The notes under the pieces were generated by a model, which saw only the letters and a list, made by a program, of their open reading frames with translations, searched no databases and was not told the origin of the DNA. Of a stretch of 64,000 nucleotides of DNA, positions 11,701 to 19,787 are shown piece after piece. The DNA lies in IMG/VR virus record IMGVR_UViG_3300035670_000044, positions 63,397 through 127,396 of that record; one strand, written 5' to 3'. Source of the stretch: a virus. Numbering within the stretch: the first letter of the stretch is position 1; each line of letters begins with the position of its first letter. Made by a program: the position numbers and the translations under genes.

Positions 11701-11792
11701 TCCCGCCTCGGAGACTTACCTCGCAACTTCTTTAATACTGTCGATTCTCCGGATGTGAAAAGACCTGGGGTTTTATCGATCCGGGTTGCCAT
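8691..11792 (-). CDS. Virion structural protein with PA14-like domain
   Basis: 1033 aa. YNWGVRWDGYLRIGPGIYGLQVQTN resembles the PA14 core; preceded by the late motif. Confidence 0.6.
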   Translation of the reverse strand: MATRIDKTPGLFTSGESTVLKKLRGKSPRREGDSNFIGLKRSAALEDVDSPAEALDNVLDKLSETDTGERNQYGGPYTGVDWSVTESFIDEGIDKQFLLPLSGASVGGGTLGSTVSITPRIRIEDRLSLANSFYGEGSFPELHSGPDAQFYRNPDPEVIGYVKFSFTGSNVTVSSLKGPDNVTNILPSNVLGTETSVVLDLDGYTIPGRGGSIPLSGSGISLRLTGTAWTVEEGLANLTSIRNLLTNTVFVTASFLLTRPYSTLNVPEWYGQMPGDPEISLAYGADDIDPDTSARVLRSENGVVVPSVQRGYWYSKGYVDTRWTATEQELIGENSVTEDSNMKWFDNPSPLRGEQYNWGVRWDGYLRIGPGIYGLQVQTNVDIRIDLGIGATSPYWVNVFNTRGVSAKENEDTYVSSETFSTAGVNSLFKYVTGSGVDDWVSYVPITIRMFRGGPDKADRNVIIPTEPNLFIKTTTVPSATTFYSEEHNITLSGTDGSWSITSGTLNRIISILQDANASVTYGLVAKDDNVLPDPVAITLTTNGTTVSSTITGLTSGTYTLKISPNRPSQFNENLNALWKGRIASPSVSHKTYADMVDGSYTPNIQKRPYNSRPNWWKITEGHPFDRGSTVSKTNTPLDGMIPNSFKSSLQSSATGIGLYGNGSGVYSNKPNIILGEARYGVSDNRGSNYIGLRLTPNRLGEGGRMVLSGFPVNNSTFTGTNTLGANDLGGDPNHKTVAFANTVSNSARMYLTSGKYYLHTTPGTVTSSDNPTSIGLPAFSSSAWISPITVTAIQVADDSGFTTNVRSFVAPLTLSVGKETVNGYELVVFTTTLASILAGGSELSLFNGKFVRFYTEENIAFQFGFVDTGEGLSFSDVLKITYNPGLDSVASELPKPPSDRVAPFGFDLPEYGGGLCYPPYAIGNPLLSEIAISDTNLYDNKPPGNYDVLWGDHTKSGLGGNTLTVTEKLEFNGLSAIQTLSTPVTLLSNDYTHRMKIEVPLDPSVYDEDVLEHIGNQEKVKDSYYAYVKLDS

Positions 11793-11811
11793 GGAAAACT
11801 ATTCCGCTGCT

Positions 11812-11854
11812 ACTTTAATGCTTTCAACGAAAAACCCGTTGAAGGCAAAGTAGG
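11812..11854. promoter_or_regulatory. Divergent pair of putative late promoters
   Basis: GCTTTCAAC at 11820-11828 (minus-strand motif) and GTTGAAGGC-AAAG-TAGG at 11838-11854. Confidence 0.7.
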
Positions 11855-11865
11855 TGGCAAGTACT

Positions 11866-12120
11866 ATGACACAGAAAATACTGAAGGCGACCGAGAGTAC
11901 GGCGTTCCTGGTGGGTCAAATTATCTTTTGTTTGGCATTTCTATCCTCCTGCGAGATTCCAAACTGGGTATATGGTCCACGATTACCCAATGAATGTGTT
12001 GACAGGTGGATGTTCGCGACAGGATTGTTCGTGCCTTCCGGGCTACAAGCCGGGCTAGGGAACAGCTCCCCAGCCCGGACGAAACGCCCTACCCCTCGTA
12101 CAGATCCCGATACGATTTAA
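11866..12120 (+). CDS. Small membrane protein / possible lipoprotein
   Basis: Hydrophobic N-terminus ending in LSSC, second hydrophobic stretch, basic tail. Start could be GTG 11854 or ATG 11866. Confidence 0.5.
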   Translation: MTQKILKATESTAFLVGQIIFCLAFLSSCEIPNWVYGPRLPNECVDRWMFATGLFVPSGLQAGLGNSSPARTKRPTPRTDPDTI

Positions 12121-12841
12121 TCACCTCTCTGACGAATTCCGATCGCACAATGTCGTCCATTCCGAATTCAACACAGCCAACAAACCCCTCCAGATGGGAG
12201 AGGCGAGACCTCGCATCGGACAGGCCATCCTTCCCGTAACGGTTAGCCAGGTCACGTTGGATGACATCACCGAGCAGGGCGATAGTGCTGTGATCTCCTA
12301 GACGAGAGAGGATCGTCAGCACGGAGTGGCTGGTAGCATTCTGCATCTCGTCAGCGATAATCATGCAGCGGTGCAAAGAGCGACCCCTTAGGTGTTCGAT
12401 TGGCAAAAATTCGATGATCTTCTTGTCGACCAGGTAATCCGCCTTGCCCTTGGCCATAAACACACTCAGAGCATCGCGTAGGGAAGCTATGTGCGGCTCA
12501 AGTTTTTCCATCTCCGAGCCTGGCAAATACCCAATACCCTTCTCTCCCGGCGTATCGACAATCGGCTTGATGTAGTAAATTTTATCTATCTGCCTCTTCT
12601 GCAACTTTTCGCACGCGATAAACACCGACAACAGGGTTTTGGCTGTACCTGGGGGCCCCGTAAGTACCGTCAGCGTCTTATGCCGCAAGTGGTCCAGAGC
12701 CTCTTTCTGACTCTCATTCATCGGGTGAATGGTCCGGACACCATCCCCCCGTGTCGCCGGCAACCCGTATGCAATCTCATCGTATCCTGGTACCGAAGCC
12801 TCTGTCACTTTGTCCTTGCGAGTCCTTGCTGCTCGAGCCAT
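12089..12841 (-). CDS. phoH: PhoH-family ATPase
   Basis: GPPGTAKT, GYLPG, HLRGRSL, IADEMQN, GDVIQRDL and DIVRS motifs. Confidence 0.95.
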   Translation of the reverse strand: MARAARTRKDKVTEASVPGYDEIAYGLPATRGDGVRTIHPMNESQKEALDHLRHKTLTVLTGPPGTAKTLLSVFIACEKLQKRQIDKIYYIKPIVDTPGEKGIGYLPGSEMEKLEPHIASLRDALSVFMAKGKADYLVDKKIIEFLPIEHLRGRSLHRCMIIADEMQNATSHSVLTILSRLGDHSTIALLGDVIQRDLANRYGKDGLSDARSRLSHLEGFVGCVEFGMDDIVRSEFVREVIKSYRDLYEG

Positions 12842-12857
12842 TAGGGTTAGTAGTTAC

Positions 12858-12901
12858 AAAAAAAAACCGGACGGCAACACACGATGTGCATTACAGTCCG
12901 G
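12858..12901 (-). terminator. Intrinsic terminator-like hairpin plus U9 just upstream of phoH
   Basis: Minus strand reads CCGGAC-TGTAATGCAC-ATC-GTGTGTTGCC-GTCCGG-T9. Confidence 0.7.
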
Positions 12902-12955
12902 CAGGAGTTGGATTTCTTTTGGGTCAAAGGTGTTTCCTCATCCCTTACTGAGCTT

Positions 12956-13549
12956 TCACCAACTAAATCCCGAAGCCATATCGAGAGTCGGAGTGTTACC
13001 GGCCAAATGTCCAGGCAGCCTGTGCACACGAGTCCTATGGATAAGTGTCTTTGACTCCAAGTACTGATTGGTATGCTTGTAGTAAGATTCGTGCTCAAGA
13101 CGACGTTTTTCAAGTTGACTGTGGACCCAGTAATCCGTACATTCTGGCCATTGCTCGCGGATTTCTTCCTCGTGCCTGGTCCGGATTGCTGTATCCCACT
13201 CATGCTCGATGAGAACAATACTCAGACGGGTCGACATGCCCAGCAGAACTGACTCTGGCTCCGTGGCAACATAGTCTGGGACCGGTGATAACTGGTACCG
13301 GTAAGGCTCGTAGAACAAAGTGTCGGATACGAACCTATCGAGAATAAGGTAATCGACCTCCGTATCCTTAGTACTGATCCAGAACAGCGTGTCAACAAAC
13401 TGCTGTACTGGACTGTGGTCTTTGGGTCTTACACTGCCGAAATGATACACAGCCACTGAGTGACCCCCACCCTCAAGATACTTTCGAGAGTTCCGTATGG
13501 CGGTTGTTTTCCCCACCCTATCCGCCCCCAGCACAATCACTGAATCCAT
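12956..13549 (-). CDS. Nucleoside monophosphate (thymidylate-like) kinase
   Basis: N-terminal P-loop GADRVGKTT and ILDRF motif. Confidence 0.75.
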   Translation of the reverse strand: MDSVIVLGADRVGKTTAIRNSRKYLEGGGHSVAVYHFGSVRPKDHSPVQQFVDTLFWISTKDTEVDYLILDRFVSDTLFYEPYRYQLSPVPDYVATEPESVLLGMSTRLSIVLIEHEWDTAIRTRHEEEIREQWPECTDYWVHSQLEKRRLEHESYYKHTNQYLESKTLIHRTRVHRLPGHLAGNTPTLDMASGFSW

Positions 13550-13571
13550 AGCAATACCTCAATACCCCTCC

Positions 13572-13609
13572 ACCCTAGCACGGATCCGGCTCGTTGAAAG
13601 CCATATATA
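13572..13609. promoter_or_regulatory. Back-to-back extended -10 promoter (minus) and late promoter (plus)
   Basis: TGCTAGGGT on minus at 13572-13580 toward the kinase; GTTGAAAGC at 13593-13601 toward 13628. Confidence 0.65.
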
Positions 13610-13627
13610 GTAGATAGCTAAACTGCC

Positions 13628-13957
13628 ATGACCGTTCCTCTTGTCCGTTGGGGAGTTCGTTTTACCGCTAACACTTTGCGCCGCCAACAATACATACAGG
13701 ACCTGTACAATAACGACGAGACATCTGCAAAACGTGGAGAACTGTTCCTCAATGAGGTGCACGAAGAGCTGTACTATGTGGGGTTGGACGGTATTGCGAA
13801 GACTGTGAATGGCACGGGTCCCATCCCCTTTGGCCGTATCGACTTCACGGGCTTGCGGAACTTTGCCGACGACGCCGCTGCCGCTGCCGCCACCCCGGCC
13901 GTCCCGGTAGGTGGCATGTATCGCACAGGGAGTATTTTGAAAGTCAGAGTCGTATAG
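13628..13957 (+). CDS. Small virion fibre/decoration-type protein
   Basis: GELFLN..LY and FADDAAAAAA..VPVGGMYRTG..LKVR motifs recurrent in phage fibre proteins; late motif upstream. Confidence 0.55.
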   Translation: MTVPLVRWGVRFTANTLRRQQYIQDLYNNDETSAKRGELFLNEVHEELYYVGLDGIAKTVNGTGPIPFGRIDFTGLRNFADDAAAAAATPAVPVGGMYRTGSILKVRVV

Positions 13958-13963
13958 GGACCC

Positions 13964-13980
13964 GTTGAAAGCTATATGAG
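13964..13980 (+). promoter_or_regulatory. Putative late promoter
   Basis: GTTGAAAGCTATATGAG. Confidence 0.7.
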
Positions 13981-14019
13981 AATTAATGTTTACAGGGTCT
14001 ATTCCCAACAACGTCAGCC

Positions 14020-14787
14020 ATGTCCGTAACCACCTTAAAGCGCCTAATCGGTATTGAATACAGCTATAAGCTTGAGCTCCAGTCTTGGTTCAGCACTGTG
14101 CTGGCCGATGAGCTTCTGGTCGGCTGGAGCTCTGGTACCAACACCCCCGCAGTCAGAACCGACCTGTTGAATAAGTTTGTGGCTTGCGGACCTAGCATGG
14201 GCTTCTCAGCCAAACAATTCGCCTACGGTATACTTGAGCTTGTAATCGACGCTCTCGTGAACAACGTCGATGTGCCCACCGACCCGTACGTCAACTCCCT
14301 CAACTCCCAACTCGTTAATGTCACCCGGTACGTCGGCATGGAGGGCGATGGTGACTACAATTTCATGGTGGCCGTCTACAACCTCAGCGTCACCCTCGAC
14401 TCGATCTTCACCAATGTGGCGTCGGTTAACAACGCACCGGCAGGTACTAATAAGACCATCACGATGGTACGGAGTACTGTCTATACATTCGCTGCTGCCG
14501 ACTTTGGCTTTACCGACCCCCTCGACAATCCAGCCGACGACCTTCTCGCCGTAAAGATTACCACCCTGCCCGCAGCCGGCACCTTGAAACTAGTTTCTAC
14601 TAACGTTGTTGCTGGAAACTCCATTCCTCTCGCTAGCATCGGATCCCTCAACTATACCCCTGTCGCTGCTGCGTTTGGTTCCCCTTACTCCACGTTCACG
14701 TTCCAGGTACAGGATGACGGTGGTACGGCGGGTGGTGGTGTCGATCTAGACGCTACCCCCAACACCATCACATTTAACGTAACCTGA
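14020..14787 (+). CDS. Virion protein with C-terminal cadherin/Ig-like domain
   Basis: VNNAP..YTFAAADFGFTD..VKITTLPAAGTL..FTFQVQDDGGT..DLDATPNTITFNVT, typical of bacterial adhesin repeats. Confidence 0.7.
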   Translation: MSVTTLKRLIGIEYSYKLELQSWFSTVLADELLVGWSSGTNTPAVRTDLLNKFVACGPSMGFSAKQFAYGILELVIDALVNNVDVPTDPYVNSLNSQLVNVTRYVGMEGDGDYNFMVAVYNLSVTLDSIFTNVASVNNAPAGTNKTITMVRSTVYTFAAADFGFTDPLDNPADDLLAVKITTLPAAGTLKLVSTNVVAGNSIPLASIGSLNYTPVAAAFGSPYSTFTFQVQDDGGTAGGGVDLDATPNTITFNVT

Positions 14788-14795
14788 GACACAGA

Positions 14796-17700
14796 GTGAA
14801 TGGACTATACCGCTGCCGGTGTGTTGTAGGGTATAGGCCGTACGCTAGCGATCGACTGATCGTGTTCAGTGAGCGGCAGGTAGCAAGTGTTAGCGTGAAC
14901 CTGAAGTGGGATGCTAACAACATAACCCGAAACATGGACGGTAATACTGAGGCCGGACAGTTTGCAAATGCGTTGACCGGGTCGACAGCCAATGTCACGC
15001 TGTCCGACCCCTATATGACAGGGATCGCGTGGGCTGCCTTGTTCGATTCGGCTGCCGCGTACGGCAACTCCACCCAGGCGGCATGGAACAGCATCATGTT
15101 ACCTCCGTGTAGTGAGAATGAGAATGAAGCGTCGGGCAAATGCCGCAAATACCCCGAGATCGACGACCCGATGTTGCGTAAGGCGGGATTCGGAGACTTC
15201 GCCCACATCCTGATTAAGTTTTACTACGATGTGGCGGGAACAAAATTCGCCCTGGATACATACTTCAGGTTGCAGAATTTCTCCATACAGCACGGTAATG
15301 CCTACCCTCAAGTCTCATTGCAGGGGGTAAACCCACAAACGGTTGTCTTCAACCAGTCACTGGTAAATTTCCAGCTCGAGGAGAACAAAACTCTGGAAGA
15401 AAATCTCACCGAAATTGTTAACGACTACGGGTATAAGGTGTCATTCTGTACCGATCCGGAACAAAAAGAGACCAAGCGATACTTGATGCCCAAGGCGTTT
15501 AAAGAGAAGAGTGTTACGGCGTCTGAGGTATTGAAAAAGTACCTGGATAGTGTAGGGGGTACGATGCAGTCTTTGCCTACTCGCGAATACGCCAAGAAGA
15601 TCTCTCTGTGTACCCGGGCCAACCTGAATCAGGGATGCTCGGTCTTCTATCTGGGCAAAGGCCTATACGAAAACTACACGATTACCGGAAACGTCGACCC
15701 GAACATTTGGAACCTAAATGCCGAATATAGTGTAGAGCGCGGACTGGGATACAACTACTCCGATGTGCCTTTAAGGGATGGGGAGAAATATACACTGTTT
15801 CCGATCCGGTCTAAAGAACGTGAAGAGAAGCTCCGTAACGCCAACAAAGTAGCAACCTTTGGCTCGGAACAGTTTGCGGTATACAATAACCGGTACTCGA
15901 ATAAGTTGAGTACTAGCGGTTATATTTGGCGCGAGAACGGTCCGAATATTATCACTGAGAGAAAGCAAAACACCAATATGTACGGTATAGGGGTTAACGG
16001 AAATACCCCTAAGGCGATGTTGGATGGCACGGTCATCACTCCCCCTAACGGGGCGGGCAGGGTTGTCATCGCCACTAACTATTTCCTTCGGTACTGCAAT
16101 CGTGCCGACCCCAAGGTGTGTTGGAATACCGCCATCATGCAAGAGTCGGTCAACCTGGCCACTATTGCTGAGGGGCTGAAGGCGTACTCCAAGGTGAAGA
16201 TCGGCGATGTGATCGGGACGGCGACCAGCGATAAGCCGGAGTTCATTCGGTTCTATGTTGGGGGAAACGGGTCGAGGGGGCGGGAGGTGACGATCACTCC
16301 GGGGTTGGTGTGGAAATACGCCATCCCGGTGGAGAAGCTCACTGAGGAGGAGAAGAAGAATATAGGACTGGAGAGCACGGCTGATACCCCGAGTGGTCCG
16401 GTAACCTCCGCCCCGAGCGGGTCGTCAGCTTTTGCGGGGAGGGTAGGAAGTACCGGAAGCAGCACCGGACCTCACCTTCACGTAGAACTCTTCCTTGACT
16501 CTTCCACTGGGGGTAGGGGACAACCTATAACGTCTTCCGAAGTGGATCCATATGTTTCCATAGGTGGAACTCCTGCAAGCACTTGGGGGGTTTATTCACC
16601 CTATGGCCCTCGGAGCGGAGGATTTCATTACGGTATAGACTTCTCTGGTCCAGGTCCGGGGGGTAAAAATATTAACAATCAAGATATAACAATAACCGGA
16701 GGGGCTGTGATTACTAAAGTCACTCCGAATAGTGGTGGTTTTGGCAATTCTGTGGAAATTAGGAGACCTGATGGGAAATATCTACTTCTGGCTCACCTAG
16801 CTGACGGATCAACTAACAATGTCACCGGGACCCAGATCGGTACTGGATCGAAGGTTGCTACAGGGGTTCAAACCGCCCCCACATCTCTAGGGGCCGAACT
16901 CACCACCTCGTTCCGGGGTATCCCGAGGGCATTGAGGATCGTACCGGGCCGGACCATCTTGTCGTTTGTCACCAAGTATGATGAGTGGGTGGAGCAGGGA
17001 CGACCTGCCAGTATCGATCCGGGAGTATGGATCGCCGGCAGGTTCTCGCGCTGGTTCGTGAAGGATGTTAACTACCAGTGGGGACAGGGGGACCTGCGCG
17101 TATCGGTGTCGGGAATTACCGACTGGGGTAACATCACCTCGAGGTTGAATGCACCGACGTTCGAAGAGTACCTGGAGGCATATCAAAATTCCGGAGACTT
17201 CACCGAAAAAACCATAGATTACTACGGATACATCCGGTCGGCTGGAGACTTGTGCTGGAAATTAAAAGACGGAAAAACATCTTGCGAGGTGATTTGCGAG
17301 GAAGCTCAGCAGTTCCAGAACTACTTGAGGGCTGGTCAGGACCAGAGCTCTGATCCCTCGGTTACGAGCAATTACCCTCCAGCCAATTGCCAATACACCG
17401 GGTCCAAATACCCCCGAGACCGGGTCAACGCAATCATCAACGCGGCGAGGCAGGGTGGCATTACTACGAGGTCGGGATACGCGGGGGTTGTAGGCAATGC
17501 CCTGGTCGAGTCTGGAGTGGCTCTTAGCCCTACGGCTGAAAATCCAGACACCAAAGCTTATGGTGTATTTCAATGGCTTGGTGGGAGACGTATAGGCCTA
17601 GAACAATATGCGGCTAGCAAAGGAGCCTCTGCCAGCAGTTTTAATATACAAATGGAAAGATTCGTTCAAGAACTAAAAGGAGCTGACTTCCAGGGACCTG

Positions 17701-17858
17701 CAACCGTACGAGCCCTAAACTCATCGGGGGACCCGTCTCAAGCTGCTTCGGAATTTAATCGACTGTTTGAGAGAGCACCCGGACAAAAGGAAGCAGAACG
17801 GCAACAATATGCTAAAGAGATCTTCAACGACCTGAGCTGCCAATCGATCAACCCCTAA
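14796..17858 (+). CDS. Baseplate hub / tail-associated lysin (hub + M23 peptidase + phage tail lysozyme)
   Basis: M23 motifs GSTGSSTGPHLH, HYGIDF, GFGNSVEI, AHL; C-terminal GNALVESG, YGVFQW, FERAPG (Phage_lysozyme2-like). Confidence 0.8.
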   Translation: MNGLYRCRCVVGYRPYASDRLIVFSERQVASVSVNLKWDANNITRNMDGNTEAGQFANALTGSTANVTLSDPYMTGIAWAALFDSAAAYGNSTQAAWNSIMLPPCSENENEASGKCRKYPEIDDPMLRKAGFGDFAHILIKFYYDVAGTKFALDTYFRLQNFSIQHGNAYPQVSLQGVNPQTVVFNQSLVNFQLEENKTLEENLTEIVNDYGYKVSFCTDPEQKETKRYLMPKAFKEKSVTASEVLKKYLDSVGGTMQSLPTREYAKKISLCTRANLNQGCSVFYLGKGLYENYTITGNVDPNIWNLNAEYSVERGLGYNYSDVPLRDGEKYTLFPIRSKEREEKLRNANKVATFGSEQFAVYNNRYSNKLSTSGYIWRENGPNIITERKQNTNMYGIGVNGNTPKAMLDGTVITPPNGAGRVVIATNYFLRYCNRADPKVCWNTAIMQESVNLATIAEGLKAYSKVKIGDVIGTATSDKPEFIRFYVGGNGSRGREVTITPGLVWKYAIPVEKLTEEEKKNIGLESTADTPSGPVTSAPSGSSAFAGRVGSTGSSTGPHLHVELFLDSSTGGRGQPITSSEVDPYVSIGGTPASTWGVYSPYGPRSGGFHYGIDFSGPGPGGKNINNQDITITGGAVITKVTPNSGGFGNSVEIRRPDGKYLLLAHLADGSTNNVTGTQIGTGSKVATGVQTAPTSLGAELTTSFRGIPRALRIVPGRTILSFVTKYDEWVEQGRPASIDPGVWIAGRFSRWFVKDVNYQWGQGDLRVSVSGITDWGNITSRLNAPTFEEYLEAYQNSGDFTEKTIDYYGYIRSAGDLCWKLKDGKTSCEVICEEAQQFQNYLRAGQDQSSDPSVTSNYPPANCQYTGSKYPRDRVNAIINAARQGGITTRSGYAGVVGNALVESGVALSPTAENPDTKAYGVFQWLGGRRIGLEQYAASKGASASSFNIQMERFVQELKGADFQGPATVRALNSSGDPSQAASEFNRLFERAPGQKEAERQQYAKEIFNDLSCQSINP

Positions 17859-17864
17859 TCCGCC

Positions 17865-18422
17865 ATGCTCCTCATCAAGTCCATCCTCGGCATGTTCATG
17901 CGCGACGTCATCGAGGACTCGATACGTGGTGTCGTCAAGCGAGAAGCGGTAGCACAACTGTCAGAATCGGTCCGGGCTGAATTTCTCCGAACCGTAGCGG
18001 AGGGCTACACTCGCGAAGTCACCCACAACATCGGACAATACGTCCGCTCGGTAGAGGCCATGTCCGTGGTGGTGTCGAGCGACAACACCGGAGAACGGCT
18101 ATACACCGCCCTCCAGAGTTCACTGAAAAAGCTCGAAGTCGAGCTGGAACGTCAGGGTCCCGACTCCGCAGTGGTTAAATACCTGCAGGAGAAATACGGG
18201 GTACGGGACGACCGGGCTAATGCTTACTCCGTGGTGGGTCTGCAACAACGTCCGGTATACTCAATGTTGTCAGGATACTCCGAATCTACCCAATCCGATC
18301 AGCCCTGGCTCAACCGTGCACTGGCCGACTCCCCTGAGATCGGGGAGGTCCTGGCCACCGAAGCGTCAAGGATCTTCGACAGGTTGTTCAGTAGCTCTAC
18401 CGAAGTAGCGAGCTCCCTTTGA
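17865..18422 (+). CDS. Hypothetical protein
   Basis: 185 aa ORF directly after the hub gene, GCCATG start context. Confidence 0.6.
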   Translation: MLLIKSILGMFMRDVIEDSIRGVVKREAVAQLSESVRAEFLRTVAEGYTREVTHNIGQYVRSVEAMSVVVSSDNTGERLYTALQSSLKKLEVELERQGPDSAVVKYLQEKYGVRDDRANAYSVVGLQQRPVYSMLSGYSESTQSDQPWLNRALADSPEIGEVLATEASRIFDRLFSSSTEVASSL

Positions 18423-19088
18423 GCTATTCTCGGAGGCGTCCAAGACCTGGAACTCCGCATGCAAGGCGTGATAGTCAAACCAGGACTCGGCCATTTCAAC
18501 CGATTCCAATCTGCACACCGTGCCGCGACACCTAACCGGTATTGTTTCCAGGTCAAACCCATTCTCCCTGCACCACTCCTCCACTAGACGGATAAACGGG
18601 TACACATGATCTACATGATACGGCCCGAAGATCGGGCGTCCGGTCAACGACGACTTTATGACCGATTTTCCCGCAAACCGTCTCCGGTATTCCCTGATCT
18701 GCGGCTCGATAACATCCCTTAAAGCCCGCAACACCTCCCTACGATTGACTTTGCCCTGATCGGGTATGTTGGTATTGGGGAACATCGCCCGGACAACGAC
18801 CTGCTTGCCCACCCACACCTCATGCCCGGAGTTAGGAGTGACAAGCACAATCCCTTTTACCCTCTTCCCGTTAAAGGACTTCTGAACGACCCTAAACTGC
18901 ACTTGCCCCCTATCCATGATCCTGGAGAACCTTGAGATCCGCCTAAGAACATCAGACAGGAATGACGAATCGTCCTGTGATACCGTCAAACCGATCTCGT
19001 ACCCCGATACTATCGCCGACCATCTCGCCCCAAATCTCTTCTTGTTGTACTGGACCCCCGCTACCTCTACGTACCTTCTGACGGACAT
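18366..19088 (-). CDS. DCL/DUF3223-like protein with HNH-like C-terminus
   Basis: N-terminal YEIG..VS.DD..FL.DVL.R pattern; C-terminal YHVDHVYPF..W..YH..EN.SKG. Confidence 0.55.
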   Translation of the reverse strand: MSVRRYVEVAGVQYNKKRFGARWSAIVSGYEIGLTVSQDDSSFLSDVLRRISRFSRIMDRGQVQFRVVQKSFNGKRVKGIVLVTPNSGHEVWVGKQVVVRAMFPNTNIPDQGKVNRREVLRALRDVIEPQIREYRRRFAGKSVIKSSLTGRPIFGPYHVDHVYPFIRLVEEWCRENGFDLETIPVRCRGTVCRLESVEMAESWFDYHALHAEFQVLDASENSSKGARYFGRATEQPVEDP

Positions 19089-19786
19089 TCCGATTCTCCC
19101 AAAATATAAGCCATTAGCTCACTAGTTTTTTTCCGTATCCCCTCGGAAGAGTTAACTCCGGGATATTTACGAAAAATCGTAGAATTTGCCCGTTTTTCGA
19201 TGTAAGTATCTGACAAAAACTCGATTTCAATTTCAGGGAGGCAGAACAGACGATCGATGACACCCTGATAATCGTCTAGCATTCGGTCCAAATTGTCGTC
19301 ATTCAGGTCAACGCTGTCTACAGGCATCTCTGTATCCTCGTTAATCTCGAGGAAAGTGGTCTGGTAAGCGGCTCGAGTCTCCGTGACCATCGAGATAGGA
19401 ATGTCTGTCAACTTAGCCAATTCCTTGTCAGACATATCTGGATCGGATCCAATATGCTTTCTGATCCTCATGTAGCAGTCTGCGTATGTACGCGGAATCC
19501 TGATCATCCTGGAGTGATCACGGAGGTAGTTAAGCACCTGGAAAGTAAGTGAGCGGTTTAGCCAAGTACTAAAGTTGGCCTTACTGGGGTCCCATTTGTC
19601 ATAGAGTTTTACCATGGCCTCCAGGGCTACAGAGCGTAAATCCTCAAATGGAAGACCACTGAATTGTGATACTTTCCGGGCCGTATGTCCCGCTTTCCAC
19701 ATGTTCTCCCGGATATGCTTGTCCCGGGTCCTCTCATACTCTGACCGGTGTACACCTTTAAGGGGCTCTAGTTCTAATGGTCTCAT
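19067..19786 (-). CDS. Sigma-70 family RNA polymerase sigma factor (SigF/SigB-like)
   Basis: Region 2: LPFEDLRSVALEAMVKLYDKWDPSKANFSTW..VLNYLRDHSRMIRIPR. Region 3: SDKELAKLTDI. Confidence 0.9.
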   Translation of the reverse strand: MRPLELEPLKGVHRSEYERTRDKHIRENMWKAGHTARKVSQFSGLPFEDLRSVALEAMVKLYDKWDPSKANFSTWLNRSLTFQVLNYLRDHSRMIRIPRTYADCYMRIRKHIGSDPDMSDKELAKLTDIPISMVTETRAAYQTTFLEINEDTEMPVDSVDLNDDNLDRMLDDYQGVIDRLFCLPEIEIEFLSDTYIEKRANSTIFRKYPGVNSSEGIRKKTSELMAYILGESECPSEGT

Positions 19787-19787
19787 G

